Assembly: GCF_018977255.1 (NCBI RefSeq)
Contig: NW_024704750.1
Coordinates: 6,076,001 to 6,140,000 of the forward strand
Direction: 5' to 3'
DNA from: Callorhinchus milii
Taxonomy: Eukaryota
Length of the DNA stretch: 64,000 nt
The position numbers and the translations under genes were made by a program. Below are positions 24,843-38,335 of this stretch, piece after piece; within the stretch, counting starts at the first letter, position 1; every line of letters begins with the position of its first letter. The notes below the pieces were generated by a model, which made no database searches, had not been told where the DNA came from, and worked only from the letters and a program-made list of their open reading frames with translations.

Positions 24843-25742
24843 GTGCACGTTTACATAACACTTAATAAGCAGTGTATCACTATCAACTATGAAAAATTAC
24901 AAGTCAGTCACTTATTCATACACAATATTGCCTGTCACTGTTAAGTCTTATACACCACAATATTTACACTCAATACTACAATGTTCAAGCAGTTAACAGA
25001 ACTGCTTTATGAAAATTAAATTGAAATAGAAGCCAAAGGTTGATTCCAATTACAGTATATGTATAAATGTAGCATTTATTAGGATGTGTGACTAATTTTA
25101 ATTTCAAAAACTGACTGGAAAAATGGATGAATGCTCTTTGATTAATACAGAAATATACTTGAATACATTAATTTCAGTGCTACAGTTTGCACCAAAAAAG
25201 ACAACTAAAAATGTCAGACTTTTTTCTGCTCATTCGTCTGTCCCACCTTCAGTCACATACTCTTTACCATCTCAAAATGACTTATAGTAAGCTTCATCCT
25301 TCACATTAAAACCCTAGCTCATTCCCCAAAACTGCAACACAACCACTTGAAATTCATTTCATGTCAAAGCAAACATGCCAAGATTCTGAATTGTTTTATT
25401 GCAAATTAACCTTCATGCCTACATAATCTCAATTACCATTACAACTTCCTCTGAAACCAAAATAGTATTTGTCTTATGATTAATTCCACTAAATATGCAA
25501 CATTTTCCATAATACTGACATCCTCTTTTTCAGTTAACTCCATTTTCTGTGTCTGAATTGTTCTTAGAATATCGCAATGTGACTTTGTTCAGAGCAAAAG
25601 CACCATAAAGTAAACTACTGCATATCTGTATCATAGCATATAAATATTTGTATTTGTCTCATCCCAGACAAAGATCTTGTACTCTATTGCATCTGCTCCC
25701 AGTTGTGACGAAGTCAAGGGTCCAAGCACAATAGTAAGCGTT

Positions 25743-25784
25743 CTAAGCCAGAGATCGTTGCCGGGGTTTTATTCTAGGATACAA
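25743..25784 (-). CDS. PPP1R13B: PPP1R13B (ASPP1) last coding exon: LYPRIKPRQRSLA*
   Basis: ttacag acceptor; canonical ASPP C-terminus. Confidence 0.96.
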   Translation of the reverse strand: MYPRIKPRQRSLA

Positions 25785-26934
25785 CTGTAAAAAAAAGTAC
25801 AAGGGTGACATCTTTTTTCCATTATTTTCACATTTTAAATTGCTGGTTAGGCATTTTACAAACAGCTTAAATGTAGAAATCCTCCTCCAGTAAGTCTGAT
25901 TTCACAAATAGGTCATACATACATACTAGTGGACTATGGCTAGTATTTTGCACAAGCCTCTTGTGTAACTGCAGATATCTCCTTTTAAGTCTAGGAACGT
26001 GATGGTTCAGCCCACAAATGGGCATTATTAACTATTGTCAACATGCACGAATATATGTCCCAACCACATGTATGACTTTGGTCTCTTTCTTCTGAAGGTA
26101 CCTGATAGTTTTTCCCTGATTTCAGTCAAGATGCTAAGTTAAAGCTGAAAGTGTGAATGCATGATGATACTGGTGTAGACTTCAATTTCAGCAGTAGTAC
26201 ATTGGTAAACAGTACATCAATAATCCCTGCAGATTCAGACCACCTTACTCCAACTTGCTTCTCCTTCCAGGAATTGATACCTCAAAAAGTGTGTATAAAA
26301 TCAGTATTTCTTGTTGACTTATATAACTTTTCAGGCAAAAGTAAGTCATTGCCCTATCTAACCAAACCACTTAACTTCCCACGAGACTCATTTGATGTAT
26401 ATTTAAATTCAAAACACTAAATTTGTTCAGTAGACAGGAAGTTGTCTAGGATCTTTATGAAACACTTTGAAGTTTCTTTTCCACCACCTGTGCTGGAAGT
26501 CTGGTTCACATGTCAATCAGCCTTTCATTAAAATAAAGGTCTCTTGAATTTCCTATTCTCTTCACTGTCATTAATTTATGTACATTTGTTAGTTTCTACC
26601 ACTGATCAAGTGCTTTGAGACAGCCTCCCGGTGTGAAAGGCATTATATAAATTGCAATGATCACTATCAACTCCTGTTAAAATGTGGTATGGGTGTGCAT
26701 GTTGAGCGAGGACAGAATTGGGTTACTTTGATGCTATATTCTCCATCAATTAGTCTGCTAACACTTAGTAACAAGGGTTAAAAATGAATTATATTCATTT
26801 GTGTGAGGTAACAGTTTCATAAAGATCCTAGACAACTTCATATCTATGGAGATGTACACCAGCAGAAGATAAAAAAGCCGAAGACGGGAGGGGACAGAAT
26901 AAATAAAAGTTAAAATACAGATGCTTGTATTTAC

Positions 26935-27134
26935 CCCCAACAGATTACGAGGAACATAGCCTTCCTTGTCATTCAAACGAGCCCACCACCAATCGGTTTC
27001 ATGGTCATCTTTACGCCTCAGGATTGTCAGAGCGTCTCCTTCGTGGAACGATAACTCATCACCGTTGTTAGCTTCGTAGTCCCATAAAGCATAAACCATT
27101 CCTTTGTTCATGACGCCCATTTTCTCTTGTACTC
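26935..27134 (-). CDS. PPP1R13B: PPP1R13B SH3-domain exon (200 nt)
   Basis: [22 protein letters not shown]...[19 protein letters not shown]. Confidence 0.97.
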
Positions 27135-27972
27135 CTATTGTGGATTGTGCAGTTCAGTTATTTGAGACATGGATAAATATTTATAAAAGATGTCCTATCT
27201 TTCTGCTCCAGATTGCGCTAATTTTTTTCCCTTCCAAAGTCCAAGTTCAAGCAAGGATACATTTAAAACTAATAGTGAGGCCTTCGCACAATATTTGTTA
27301 ATAATACTAGTGGCTAGTTCTTTTCCTCAAAGGTGAAGATTCAAACTAGGGTACAGTTCAAAAGACATTGCTCATCCTCTTGAGAAGTAACCCTTCATTT
27401 GTGAGTCTGGACAGTGAAGGAAAACACAACCAATCACAGGAGTCATTCCATATCTACTCCCCTCCCATGGGATCGTGGATACAGGTATATTGAAGGACTA
27501 GACATACAAAGATTCCAGATTTAATTCCTGGCTTAGCTCCCAGGACAGCAGTCGGAGTGCTACTGTCAGTCAGCACCATGGATTGAAGAGTACCAGGGTT
27601 CTGCTCCTGATTGCTATTCTGTAACAACTCATGGGCAATCATTGCAGGGCTTTTGAACAGCTGAAGAGTGATTGAGAGTGAGGCCAATCAACCTTCCCAC
27701 TGGAACACCAGCTAATTTAGTATACACCAGATGAAACCTTCAGACCACCTAACACAATATATGTTTCTGTAGATTGAAAACTCCTCCCTTGATGTATTCA
27801 CAAGCACTGCTCTGATACTGGATACCTACTTCAAACTGGTAGCCTAGCAAAGTTGGATTAATAACTCAATTACATGTGCAAAGAATAGTATATTTAGGGC
27901 AAAATCCCACTAACATACCATTCTTTGCACATGTAATTCTACTAGGAGTTACAAAGGTTATCAGGTACATAC

Positions 27973-28139
27973 CATAAAGGAACTGAGAGCACTGTACAAA
28001 ACATTCTTCCATTTCCTCACACTTATCTGCTGCTGTTTCAACGTCACTGATTGTAGAAGCAAATACAGCAGCTCCAGATTCCACAAGCAGCTTGCAGAGG
28101 TGGACACTGTTGCAAGACGCAGCACAGTGGAGAGGTGTC
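27973..28139 (-). CDS. PPP1R13B: PPP1R13B ankyrin exon (167 nt)
   Basis: [43 protein letters not shown]. Confidence 0.97.
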
Positions 28140-28335
28140 CTTTAAAAAAATGCACGGTATGAATTAAATTCCAGCTCATTTCTAGTCTAAACACGCTCAA
28201 ATATGGAAAACACGCAAACTTAGTGGAACCCGTCATTTGAATACAAAATCGGTTGCTAACGCGTAGAATTATCCTGCATTTTAATGATTAGATCTAAAGA
28301 AAAAAAAGCTCAATTTAAATCTTCATACTGCTTAC

Positions 28336-28469
28336 CATCCGTCACTGTCAGCTGCATTTGCATTTACACCAAAATCAATAAGGAATTTCACAATATGATG
28401 GTGACCAGCGCATACTGCATTGTGTAAGGGTGTAATTCCTTCATCATTAGGTCTGCTGGGATCATCAAC
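28336..28469 (-). CDS. PPP1R13B: PPP1R13B ankyrin exon (134 nt)
   Basis: [44 protein letters not shown]. Confidence 0.97.
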
Positions 28470-28597
28470 CTGGTCAAGACAACACTGTTTAGTACTGATT
28501 GTATCAAATAACAGTTAAAGCAGCGTACTCTAGCTTCTAGGAGTTTCAAATCCACTATCTGAGAAATTATTATGCAAAGATTAGGCAGAATGTATAC

Positions 28598-28735
28598 CTC
28601 ATAAATGATCCGCTGTACAAGATCAAATTCTCCTTCTAGAGATGCATCGAGAAGCAGAGCCAGAGGGTCAAACTTCACCCTCATCCCATGACCTGTTCGA
28701 TCTGAATCTGGCTTTTTTAAATTTGTACGTTTAGC
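28598..28735 (-). CDS. PPP1R13B: PPP1R13B exon with the PP1-docking RVxF motif (138 nt)
   Basis: [46 protein letters not shown]. Confidence 0.97.
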
Positions 28736-29328
28736 CTAAGAAAATAAAAGGCAATATGAGAAAAAAATATCTGAAGCATTTTCAGGGACCAAATACTCCC
28801 AGATCAGGTAATGGCCATTTGGCCCACAAAATGAACTTTCTCCACAGCTCACACATGATCACCTCATCATTGATTCCCCTTTGAATCACTAAATTCATGT
28901 CCCTACACTCTTATTCTAAATCCACTTTTAATCAAGCAACATAGTTAAGATAACCTTTAAAATGCCTCTCAATAAATGAGCATTCCTTTTTTTAAAAAAA
29001 TCAGTGAGATTTCAATTTACTCACACCACCCACTTAGGCATCTGAGCTGCAACATCAAATAGTTTAGTGCAGGTTTGTTCTATGGAATTTCATCCTCAAG
29101 GATGTGGATTGGGACAGCCTATGCTCACAGAGGACCGTTACAGCCAGGCACAGAAGGAGACATGCATCTCTTCAGTTTGGTGTAGATCTGAAATCCCAGG
29201 TTTAAAACTGAAAAAGATTAGGTTCTAAGCCACTGGCCAACTTGCTGTAGGGAATGCAGATTAAGCCCACATAGATTGTATTGTTAATATTTCATTTATA
29301 TTTACAGTCAGTGCAACGCACAACTTAC

Positions 29329-30080
29329 AACAGGAAATGGTGGTGGTGGTACAGCAGGGGGAGAAACAACATCTTCCTCTTCTGGCGATCTAACCTCTGG
29401 TATAGGGCTTGGCAGCTGCTCAGTTTGAACCACAGAGGGGTTATTGTTATTGTCCTCTATTGTAGCAGAGATCTCATTGTTGTCTGTGTGAATCAACTCA
29501 GAGTGTGGAGGAGATGGTAATTGGTTGTCATTGGCATCTGATGATGGTTGAAGTTCAGGCTGAGCTGTTGGCCCAGACTGTAGAGAACCAGGTTCCACAA
29601 GGCTCATGTTACCATTATCAACATCAGCTAATGCACCTACATAGTCCTGTGGGTTACTGGGAAGATAAAATGGTGTATTATCCATTCCCCCAGCTAGTGT
29701 ATTGAAACGTTGATACAGTAACTTCTGTATATTTGGACCACTTGGACCTTCTGGCTCAGTTATAGAACTGCGCTTCTTTAGAGGCCTTGGTGCATGGGCC
29801 AGTTTTTTCCTCAGAGCTTCAAGGTCAGCATCGCTTTGATAGCGCATTGGCGAGTGGACAATAGGCAAAAGTTTTGTGGGACTGAGAGGCCGTGGGATGT
29901 TTTCAACATTTGAGTTGTCCCTTGTGGGAGGCAAGCTTTCATGTTCTAGTTCTTTTTCACTGCTGGTTTGGTTTTCATCACTGGCCTGGGGGTGAGAACT
30001 TTGGGAAGGCTGATGAGAAAAAGGCAAAGGAGATGGGGAAGCAGAACCAGAACCAGATGGCAATACTGGCTTCCCATACA
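29329..30080 (-). CDS. PPP1R13B: PPP1R13B large proline-rich exon (752 nt)
   Basis: YGKPVLP...[56 protein letters not shown]; ttgcag acceptor and gtaagt donor. Confidence 0.96.
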
Positions 30081-30181
30081 CTGCAACAAAGAAGAAACCT
30101 CTTTAGTGACAATATCCATTACACATGCAACTATATCAGATTGGTACATTTCATCAAACCATAAAAAACTAAATTACTTAC

Positions 30182-30707
30182 GTGCTTTAACAGTGTGTGA
30201 TTTGTTTAGGGTATTATACACAGACTGCTGGTAGTTCTTTGGTGGAGTAGTTTGCTGAAGATACATTGAGTAAATTGAACTGGAATTCACGGTTTGAGGT
30301 CCTTTCCGTGGAGATTGAGGTCTTGACCCTCTATCTGTCAAGAATGGTCTTACAGCCACTGCTAGTGGTGGATCAGATCTGTTCTCTCCAGTTGGAAACA
30401 ATGGCGAACCAGCAGGGTGATAAGTAGGACTTGGGGGCATCGAAATTCTTTGCTGAATTTGTTGTGAGGCACTAGGCTGAAATGTGTTTACAGATGGTGG
30501 AGGTTGGATGGGTCTCTGCCAGCTTCCTGAACTTATGTTAGAAACTGAACCCATACTCGGCCACGACTGAGTGGGGTCTTTCTTTCGTTCCAGCGAATTT
30601 GTAGATCCAGTGCCCATAAGTGAAGACATTGCATGAGGTCCATAAGACAGAGGCAACTGCTTTAGTACATTGGGCACAGGTGATGGTACTTTCCCAGTTT
30701 CAATGCC
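30182..30707 (-). CDS. PPP1R13B: PPP1R13B exon (526 nt)
   Basis: [15 protein letters not shown]...[30 protein letters not shown]. Confidence 0.95.
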
Positions 30708-31237
30708 CTGAATCAAAGGAGACATAGTTAAAATTTGTGCATCGAGTTGGCAATCCCTAACCTACTTGTATGAAACCTAAGCATTTGTAATCATTGGCCA
30801 TTTTTGAAGATATTAAAACACTGGAGAACAAAGATGAGACTTTTGGTGCAAACATATTTAAAAAGAAGCTGAATGAGTGAAAGGACATTTTAACTCAGTC
30901 TAAAAACTGTAAAGGTTAGTGACTTCATGTTCTGTAGGCGAACAATGCACAAAAGAAAACCTTTGATGTCATAGTTAATGCCGAGGCACTTCCATAATCA
31001 CCTGGAACACTACTTCATGGAAAGACCAAACGTTCAGTCAATTGTACGCTTGTATTAGATGTCTTAGCATCCAAAGTCTCTAAACATTTAGTTTTGTATC
31101 ATACAATTAAGATAACTTGAAGGCTTTTATCTGGAGCTAACTGTTCTTTAAAATTAGGTTGCCAAAATTAAATAGGAAAATAACCTTCTTAATAACTGAA
31201 GCATCAGAAAACACTATGAAGTACTGCCAAAACCTAC

Positions 31238-31413
31238 CACCATCTTCTCATTGCTTGTAACAGCTGGGGAAGTGGATGTGGCCTGACTTGATCCACTTCC
31301 TGGCTTCAAAATCGTATCCATGCTGGATTCCTTCCACTCATTGTTGCCTGCTGGAGATGGTTTCCCTGTAGCATTACATCCCTGCCCGAGTGTTGGCCAA
31401 TTTCCATCATTAG
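31238..31413 (-). CDS. PPP1R13B: PPP1R13B exon (176 nt): ANDGNWPTLG...EKMV
   Basis: ANDGNWPTL matches ASPP1; tttag acceptor, gtaggt donor; phase 1->0. Confidence 0.88.
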
Positions 31414-33885
31414 CTAAACAGGATACAAAACAAAATGAGTTGAACGCTTACACATTAAATTGATTTTAAAAATGACTTAATTACATTTGAAACTGCATTT
31501 TTTTTTAAATTGACACTGATCACAAATGGTTAGTAAAATCTGAAGCTGTCAAGCTTTCTTATTTGGTCACTGTGAGTGCAAGGAGAGGAAAAGAACAGAG
31601 GTAGGTTTGCGGAAAATGGCTTTACTATTGTTCAAAGTACAATCACTGCAGTCATTTTGAGGATACATAGGAAAATGATATCATTTCCTAATGCCACTAA
31701 TGCAGATTACACATGCAAACAGTTGCGCTGAATAATAAATGTAATAGTTAATCTATTGAATTAATATTCAAACCCACGAACTCAATGACCCAAGAATTAG
31801 TTGAACTGCCAAGAGTCAAAGAAATGCTGGAAGATTTTTTAAAAAAAATTACAACACATTCAATTCACCATTTATTCTTCTGCCTTAAAAATCAATTAAA
31901 AAAATCAGTAGTAAATTGTATCGGTTATAGTGGTTGCAAATGTTTAAAGTTTTGTTGTACAAAATAACTATCAATCTTATTTTACAGGCACAACACAATT
32001 CTAACAATAATCCTTACATTTGATTTGACTGTATATCATTGAAACATCTCAAAGCGTTTCACAGGAACCCAGTGGAGGAAAAAGGACTGCAGGACAACAA
32101 TAGTCACAAATCTTGTGCCTTTCCCAACTCTGCTTTAGAACAGTAAGTGCGGAAATTTGGGAACAAGTTATCCATTTAATCTTCTTTATGGCGAAAATAG
32201 TGCGTGACAGAAAGATGGCTAACGCTCAAGGGTAAAATTCAAAAGACGGACTTTAAAGTCAATGCTACTTTATCCTACAAAACAAACCATGAGAAATAAA
32301 CAAAGATTTTCCAAAATGCAATACTAATCAGCTCAAATAATTCAGTTTCTACAATTGACTGTTTGAAAAATGAACACAAATTGGGTTGAAAGATTTTTTT
32401 TTAAAAAGAGACCGCAAAAATAAAATTGAAACATTTTAAAATCATAATTTTAGCTTTCCTCAAATTTGCTTTACTGTGGTAAAAGCAGATAGTCTGTCAC
32501 AAAACCAAAGGTCATTCTGGACAAGCTTATTCAAGTCTTGGTACTGCACAAGTGTTTCAGTTCAATGATTCAGGAAAGTCCAGCACGCAAATCCACCTGT
32601 CTCAGTTGCAACAAATTTTACCATCTTGCTCTGAACGACTAGGTCTACACTTTGGACTGGGAAAAAACCTCAAGCTCATAGCTACAAAAAAAAACTTACT
32701 AGTGTGTAATTACACATTAGTTTAGGATTAGTCATAAATCAAAATCTTTATTGCCTGATTTGGTCTGTTCTACAGCAAAGACTTATTCTAAGAGATGGAC
32801 ACTTTTTTGTCAGATTGCAAACTCAATAAGTAAATTGAAGCCAAAGTCGAAAGTGTTTGTAGATCTAGATGAAAGTTACAATATGAAGACAATATTTTTT
32901 CAGAATGAAACATTGCTAGCTACACAATATGTAAATGTACAACACTGCTGTTCTTCCTTATCACCATAACCTCAGATTTCTTGCATTTGGGTCACAAGAT
33001 GTAAAATGACAGTATTTCCTTTCTCCAAACAGTAATTTACCATTATTCCCTGGAGCGCCACCAAAGAGCTCTTAATGTAAATGGATATTTTGGGACAGAG
33101 ATCAACTTCTGTAAACCTAGAAATGTTCTTTGTAATTTTCACAGGAACATTTCATACGACTTACAACTGCAATGATTTTACAGTACCATACCACTACATT
33201 TAATGACAAGATATTAGTCAAAGTGTTTCTGAATGATTGAGTTTGGGGGAATTAGAGTTGCAAAAGCTGTAGCATTTTATAAATCATATCCTCATGCAAA
33301 GGATTTATACACACACATCTGCGTTTGGTTAGATGCACCACAAACAATTTGTTTCAAAGCCCTCAAATGGTAAGTCAGCTTTTATTATGAATGCAACATT
33401 AGGAATTTGTAACACAACCAACTAGACGAGTTTACTCTTAAAAAGCAGGACTGTATGAAAACGTACAACTCAAGCATCTGCTTTCAGAGTTTTTAAAATG
33501 TAGGGAAGAGCCAAAGTCAAGACCCGCATCCAAATCAGATACCACCCAGGAACTGTTCAGCTTGCGCTCAAGAGTTTCATCTACATATGGAGGAATAGGA
33601 AAGGTAAATACAAAATCTCAACATTCAGAACTAAATAGTAAAAATCCATTTTGATTTTTCAAATAATAAATTAAAAAGATTAAATTTTTGCAAACAAAGG
33701 AATTAATGCAGTATGATGTTTTGACTACAAATTCATAAGAAATGTTTGGAGTAAAAATATTCTAATAATTTTAACATTTCTATATGCCACATCTAAGCCA
33801 AGCAGACGGGTTTTCTCAAATATGATTGAATGCTCTATAGCAGAATATTTCTTTAACAAGTTCAGAACTAGTTCCACAGACTCAC

Positions 33886-34035
33886 AATGTAGTTTGTCAA
33901 GGATAGAGGTTGCCAAGTGGATCACACTATGATCTGGAGACTGCAGAGATGCAGTGGAAGAAGACAAAACAGGATCCACTATGATGTCTAAATCAGAAAC
34001 TTTCCAAGTGCCTGGAGATTTTTTCCAACACCCAT
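33886..34035 (-). CDS. PPP1R13B: Candidate PPP1R13B 150-nt cassette exon: DGCWKKSPGTWKVSDLDIIVDPVLSSSTASLQSPDHSVIHLATSILDKLH
   Basis: aaacag|ATGGGT...CATT|gtgagt; phase 1-1 inside a phase-1 intron; stop-free and a multiple of 3. Confidence 0.6.
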
Positions 34036-34366
34036 CTGTTTCGGTATGAGAAGCCAAGGTAAATCAAGTCACCCAGGCAACCAGTGAGAAAGTAAAAGAA
34101 AAGTACAAGGACACAAGAGAATAGAATGGTAATAAAATACATGTTAGATGCAATCTGTAATACTGATGTAAAGTTGGAAAATTCAATAAAATGACAAAAG
34201 AATATAAACTTTAGTATTTTAGAATCACAAAGCTTTGATAAGTCCCAGTTGTTCAGGTCTGAGATCATAAAATAAATAAGTACCAAAGTTCAGTTCAATA
34301 TTTTCAACCTTTCCAGGTTAATGTTTACAGTAAAGTCACACCACTTGTTTGGTTAAAAAAACTTAC

Positions 34367-34565
34367 CAGATTTTTTTCTAGTTGTTGATAGACTACCATT
34401 GCTCGTTACAGTTAAAGTCTGAGGCTTCACGAGCTCTGATGCTGATGAAAGGTTGCTTTCTGGTCGATTTATAGTAGAAACTTGGATGTAGGGTCCCACG
34501 GCTGCTACACGGCCTGAGGTATTAGAGACTGGTTGAGGTGATGGTGTCCCATTAATCCGATTCAA
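34367..34565 (-). CDS. PPP1R13B: PPP1R13B exon (199 nt): LNRINGTPSPQP...GRVAAVGPYIQV...KKS
   Basis: Conserved RVAAVGPYIQ; ttccag acceptor and gtaagt donor. Confidence 0.95.
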
Positions 34566-35005
34566 CTGGAAGGAAAGTGGTCTATAGTTAATTCACACGA
34601 ATATCAGACAAGTTTCAAAATAAATTCAATATTTAAAAACTATAATTAGTTATTAAGATTAATAGGCATACTGCTACCAAAATAACAACAGCTAAAATTA
34701 TAAATATTATTTTACTACAGAGAAATCAACAAAATGTCTCCAGAAACACACTTATTGAATGTTTGAGCTGCTGCTTCATCTCTACAGAAGTGAATATACA
34801 GAATCAATTTTAAACACTAAAATAGAGTGAAAATCCATCGTGAATACAATTATCCTGTTGACATTCTCAGTAATTCCACCGTGTGGAATTATAATATCCT
34901 CTAGTTACAAGTTAAATTATTAACCTCCAGAACGGTGTGATTTTGCCCATGGATAAATATTTATATGGCTCAAACGCGCTAAAAACACAGAAATCAGCAT
35001 CTTAC

Positions 35006-35170
35006 AGGAATATTCTCTTTTTGACGTGCTTCTGTTTTCTTCTTCCACAGGCGTTCACGAAGTTCATGAATTCTTTTGTCCATCATAGTCACTTCCATGT
35101 TGCGTTTGTTAAGAAGATCCTTTTGCTGCTGAAGCTTAGCGTTTTGTTCCTGATTAAGCTTGTTGCGAAT
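35006..35170 (-). CDS. PPP1R13B: PPP1R13B coiled-coil exon (165 nt): [27 protein letters not shown]...QKENIP
   Basis: Homology to ASPP1; cttag acceptor and gtaaga donor. Confidence 0.95.
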
Positions 35171-35514
35171 CTAAGGAGAAGAGACTATTTTCATTTATCA
35201 TAAACACCACCAACAACACTTCATTTGTTAAGCTCCTTTCACGTCAGGACATATTGTGAAAACAATCACTAAAGTTCAACTTCCCTTAGCTGGATAGGGA
35301 AGGAGTGCAAAACTTCTTTAACATCACAATTCCACTTCACAGCCCATTTAAAGGATACATGATATGAAGATTATTCAACAGTAGCTTTTCACAAACAAGG
35401 TTTGGATGAAGAAAGTCCTTTGGCTCATTTGATCTCAGCTTACCAGAACACCAGTGCCATTATCTTCCCCATAACCATCCACCTGTGTTTTTTTTTAAAA
35501 AATGACCTGGTCTC

Positions 35515-36020
35515 AACAACAACATGGATTTATATAGCGCCCTCCACGCCGGACGGTGTCTCAGAACGCTTCACAGTAACGACTCCCGGGGCCGAGCCAG
35601 GGGGAGGAAGGTGACTAAAGGCGCGGTCAAAAAGAAAGGTCTTTAGCAGGGACCTGAAAATAGGAAGAGAGGGAGCGAGGCGAAAGGAGTGAGGAAGGGA
35701 ATTCCAGAGCCTCGGGGCATAGTGGCTGAAGTCACGGCTGCCGAGGGTGGAGCGGAGGACTCGGGGGATGAGGAGGAGGCCAGACCCGGAGGAACGAAGA
35801 CAACGGGTACTGTTTTGAGGAGAGGAGAGCAGAGGAGTGCAGGGATTTGAATACAAGGGTGAGGATCTTGAAGTCGATCCTCTATGGGATAGGCAGCCAG
35901 TGCAGTCTGCTAAGGACTGGGGTGATTGGGGAGCGAAGTTTGGTGCGGGTGAGAATGCGGGTGGCAGAGTTTTGAATGATCTGGATTTTATGGATGGGAG
36001 GGCGTCGACCAGGTGATTAT
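35515..36020 (-). mobile_element. L2-clade LINE 3' fragment (second subfamily)
   Basis: LRSSGSGLLLIPRVLRSTLGSRDFSHYAPRLWNSLP...FRSLLKTFLF; tail gtgaagcgttctgagacaccgtccggcgtggagggcgctatataaat. Confidence 0.88.
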
Positions 36021-36265
36021 CCCATGTAAAGTAATTTGCCTGGTGTCCGTCCCAAATTTGCCACTTAACTCTATGATTATTACCCACGGAAAAGCAATCC
36101 TCTAATCGGCTAGCAACCAGGTTCCTACTTACTGCTAAGTAAACAGAAGCGTGTGGAGTAAGGAAACTTGTCAAACATTTCGCCTTGCCTGGAAATTGAA
36201 CCTGGGTCCTCTCGCTTGCAAGGCGAGTGCTCTAACCGCTACGCTACAGAACTCCACGCTACAGG
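36021..36265 (-). mobile_element. 5' half of the long-variant tRNA-derived SINE
   Basis: tRNA head gtagcgtagcggttagagcactcgccttgcaagcgagaggacccaggttcaatttccaggc, then tttccttactccacacgcttctgtttacttagcagtaagtaggaacc. Confidence 0.8.
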
Positions 36266-36499
36266 CCTTTTACAATGAAAATACAATTAACCATTAAGTG
36301 ATTTTCAAATCAGGATTTGAAAAGCATTTTCTCTGTTAAAAGTACAGTATACATTTAACATGAAAACGCTACTCATTCTAATGACAAATATGTAGCTTAA
36401 GGTTTACTTAATAGAAAAACAGCCAGACACAATTACATTGCTCTAAAACCCAATAAATATGGGTACTGACATTGAATTAAGTCAATTTCTAGACTTCAC

Positions 36500-36696
36500 C
36501 TGCAGTTCTTGATATAGTTTCTTTAGTTCAACGGCAGCAGGTCCTGACACTTGTCCATTGTACGACTGCAGCCCATTTGTTTTTCCTTTCCTTATATCCT
36601 CCAGCTGCTGCGATAACTGATCAACTTTAAGTACAGCTGATTGTAACTCTCGCTGTTTCTCGTGAAACATAGCATTGATGTGCTCAATTTCGGCTG
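36500..36696 (-). CDS. PPP1R13B: PPP1R13B exon (197 nt): [34 protein letters not shown]...LYQELQ
   Basis: Homology; tandem TAGCAG acceptor, gtgaag donor. Confidence 0.95.
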
Positions 36697-36932
36697 CTAT
36701 TAGAATAAAAGAGAAAAACTAATCACCTGAAAGGAGCAAGTACAAAAAAGGAAACTGTTCAAGGAGAAATTCTAGAGTCAACATTTATTTTTCTCGATCT
36801 TTTGTAAACAAATAATAATAGCACAAATGTAAAATTGAAATAACTTGCCTTGTCTGGGAAACAATGAACTAAATAATTACAACTAATAAAACAGAATTCA
36901 ATTAAGCCCCAGTATCAGAAACAAATACTCAC

Positions 36933-37107
36933 AGAGATTGCCATTGATAATTTTGCTGTAGTCCACTTGTCCTCGCATGGCTCGGATCTTCTTCAGTTTT
37001 GCTTCTTGGCTCTCCATACGTTCTTTCAGTTTCTGTAGTTTGTCGCTTTCTGAAATAGACTGGTGCTGACGTCTCTCCTGTTGTTTCAGATAGCGTAAGC
37101 GCTGCTC
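36933..37107 (-). CDS. PPP1R13B: PPP1R13B exon (175 nt): [14 protein letters not shown]...[19 protein letters not shown]
   Basis: Homology; cgaag acceptor and gtgagt donor. Confidence 0.96.
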
Positions 37108-38179
37108 CTTCGGGGAGTTAAAAGAGAGCACAAACAGAAAAGCAAAATGGCAATCACTGGTTTTGCTTTTGATATTTTTCCATTTAGTTAAGTCAATAAT
37201 TGAACCTCAACTCTTAGCTCGAATTGGGTGGGGGTAACACACATTTTTACTTGTTCAACTCAGCTTAACAAGCCCCAAGATAGTGTTAAACAGTCTAAGG
37301 TGGGTGGGGGGGGGAAAGAGAGAGAGAATTTGTAAATTTCCAATCAAACTATGACATACATAATAACAATATAATGAACTAAATAATTAATCAGATCTAG
37401 TTTGTAGATCAGTTTGGCTACATGTTATTTCACCCTCTAATTCCCTTCCATTCCCTTGTGAAGTCAGTAACTGATGCATACATGCAGTGAAATCGTAGTT
37501 CTCCAGCTGCTTGCTAAAATATTCTTCATGTTTGAACCTGGGCAATGAATTATGGCAGATTAAACCAGGAGAGCATCACAGCTCACCCATCATCAGTATG
37601 CATGCAAATGCTGGCAGGCCTTTGTCTGAAACTTTAACTGTACTCAGAGCAACATTTTTGCGGCTCTACAATTCATCCTCTCTAGATGTCAATATCAACA
37701 CAAGTAAAAGTAGGTGAAAACTTTGTTTTCTTTTCCTGTTTGTTCCTGTCTGTATTGAATATCCAAGCTGCAGCTTTTTCTTCTAATCTCCCTCAAAGCA
37801 GTGTTCAGCCTGTTTCAAAATGCCACCATCATCCAGATTTATCAGTTTCCCATAGAAAACAAGAAGTTCCTGTGTGGAAAACTGTGTACTCTGATAAGAA
37901 GTTCTGTACAAGTTGCTTAAAAAGTACAACTCCTCTAATTACAATCTTTACTTCCTCACCACTATGAATTTGTTGAAAAACATTAAGATTTTTTCAGAGC
38001 TAATAAGACTTCAAAAGACAGACATCAAAATGTATTTTTCGATGTTACATGCAATTCATCACAACGTTCAATGATTTAACATTCTCCTTTGGATGTTTCA
38101 GACATTTTATGCCAAGTAATGAACATTGTTAAACTAAGAACATTCTCCAATACATTGCAAACTAAAAAAATACACAAAT

Positions 38180-38335
38180 AATTATTTGGTCACTCAATTC
38201 ATGACTGTTTGTGGACCACTGCTGTGTGCAATTGGCTGTTGCGTTTCACCCACAAAATATTCAGTCAATCCATATTCAGTCATTCATGTCTCAAAGATGT
38301 GCTAAGGTGTTATATCAAATGCAAGGATTATTAAA
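38180..38335 (+). mobile_element. 3' half of the tRNA-derived SINE
   Basis: gactgtttgtggaccactgctgtgtgcaattggctgttgcgtt...tatatcaaatgcaaggattatta. Confidence 0.75.
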
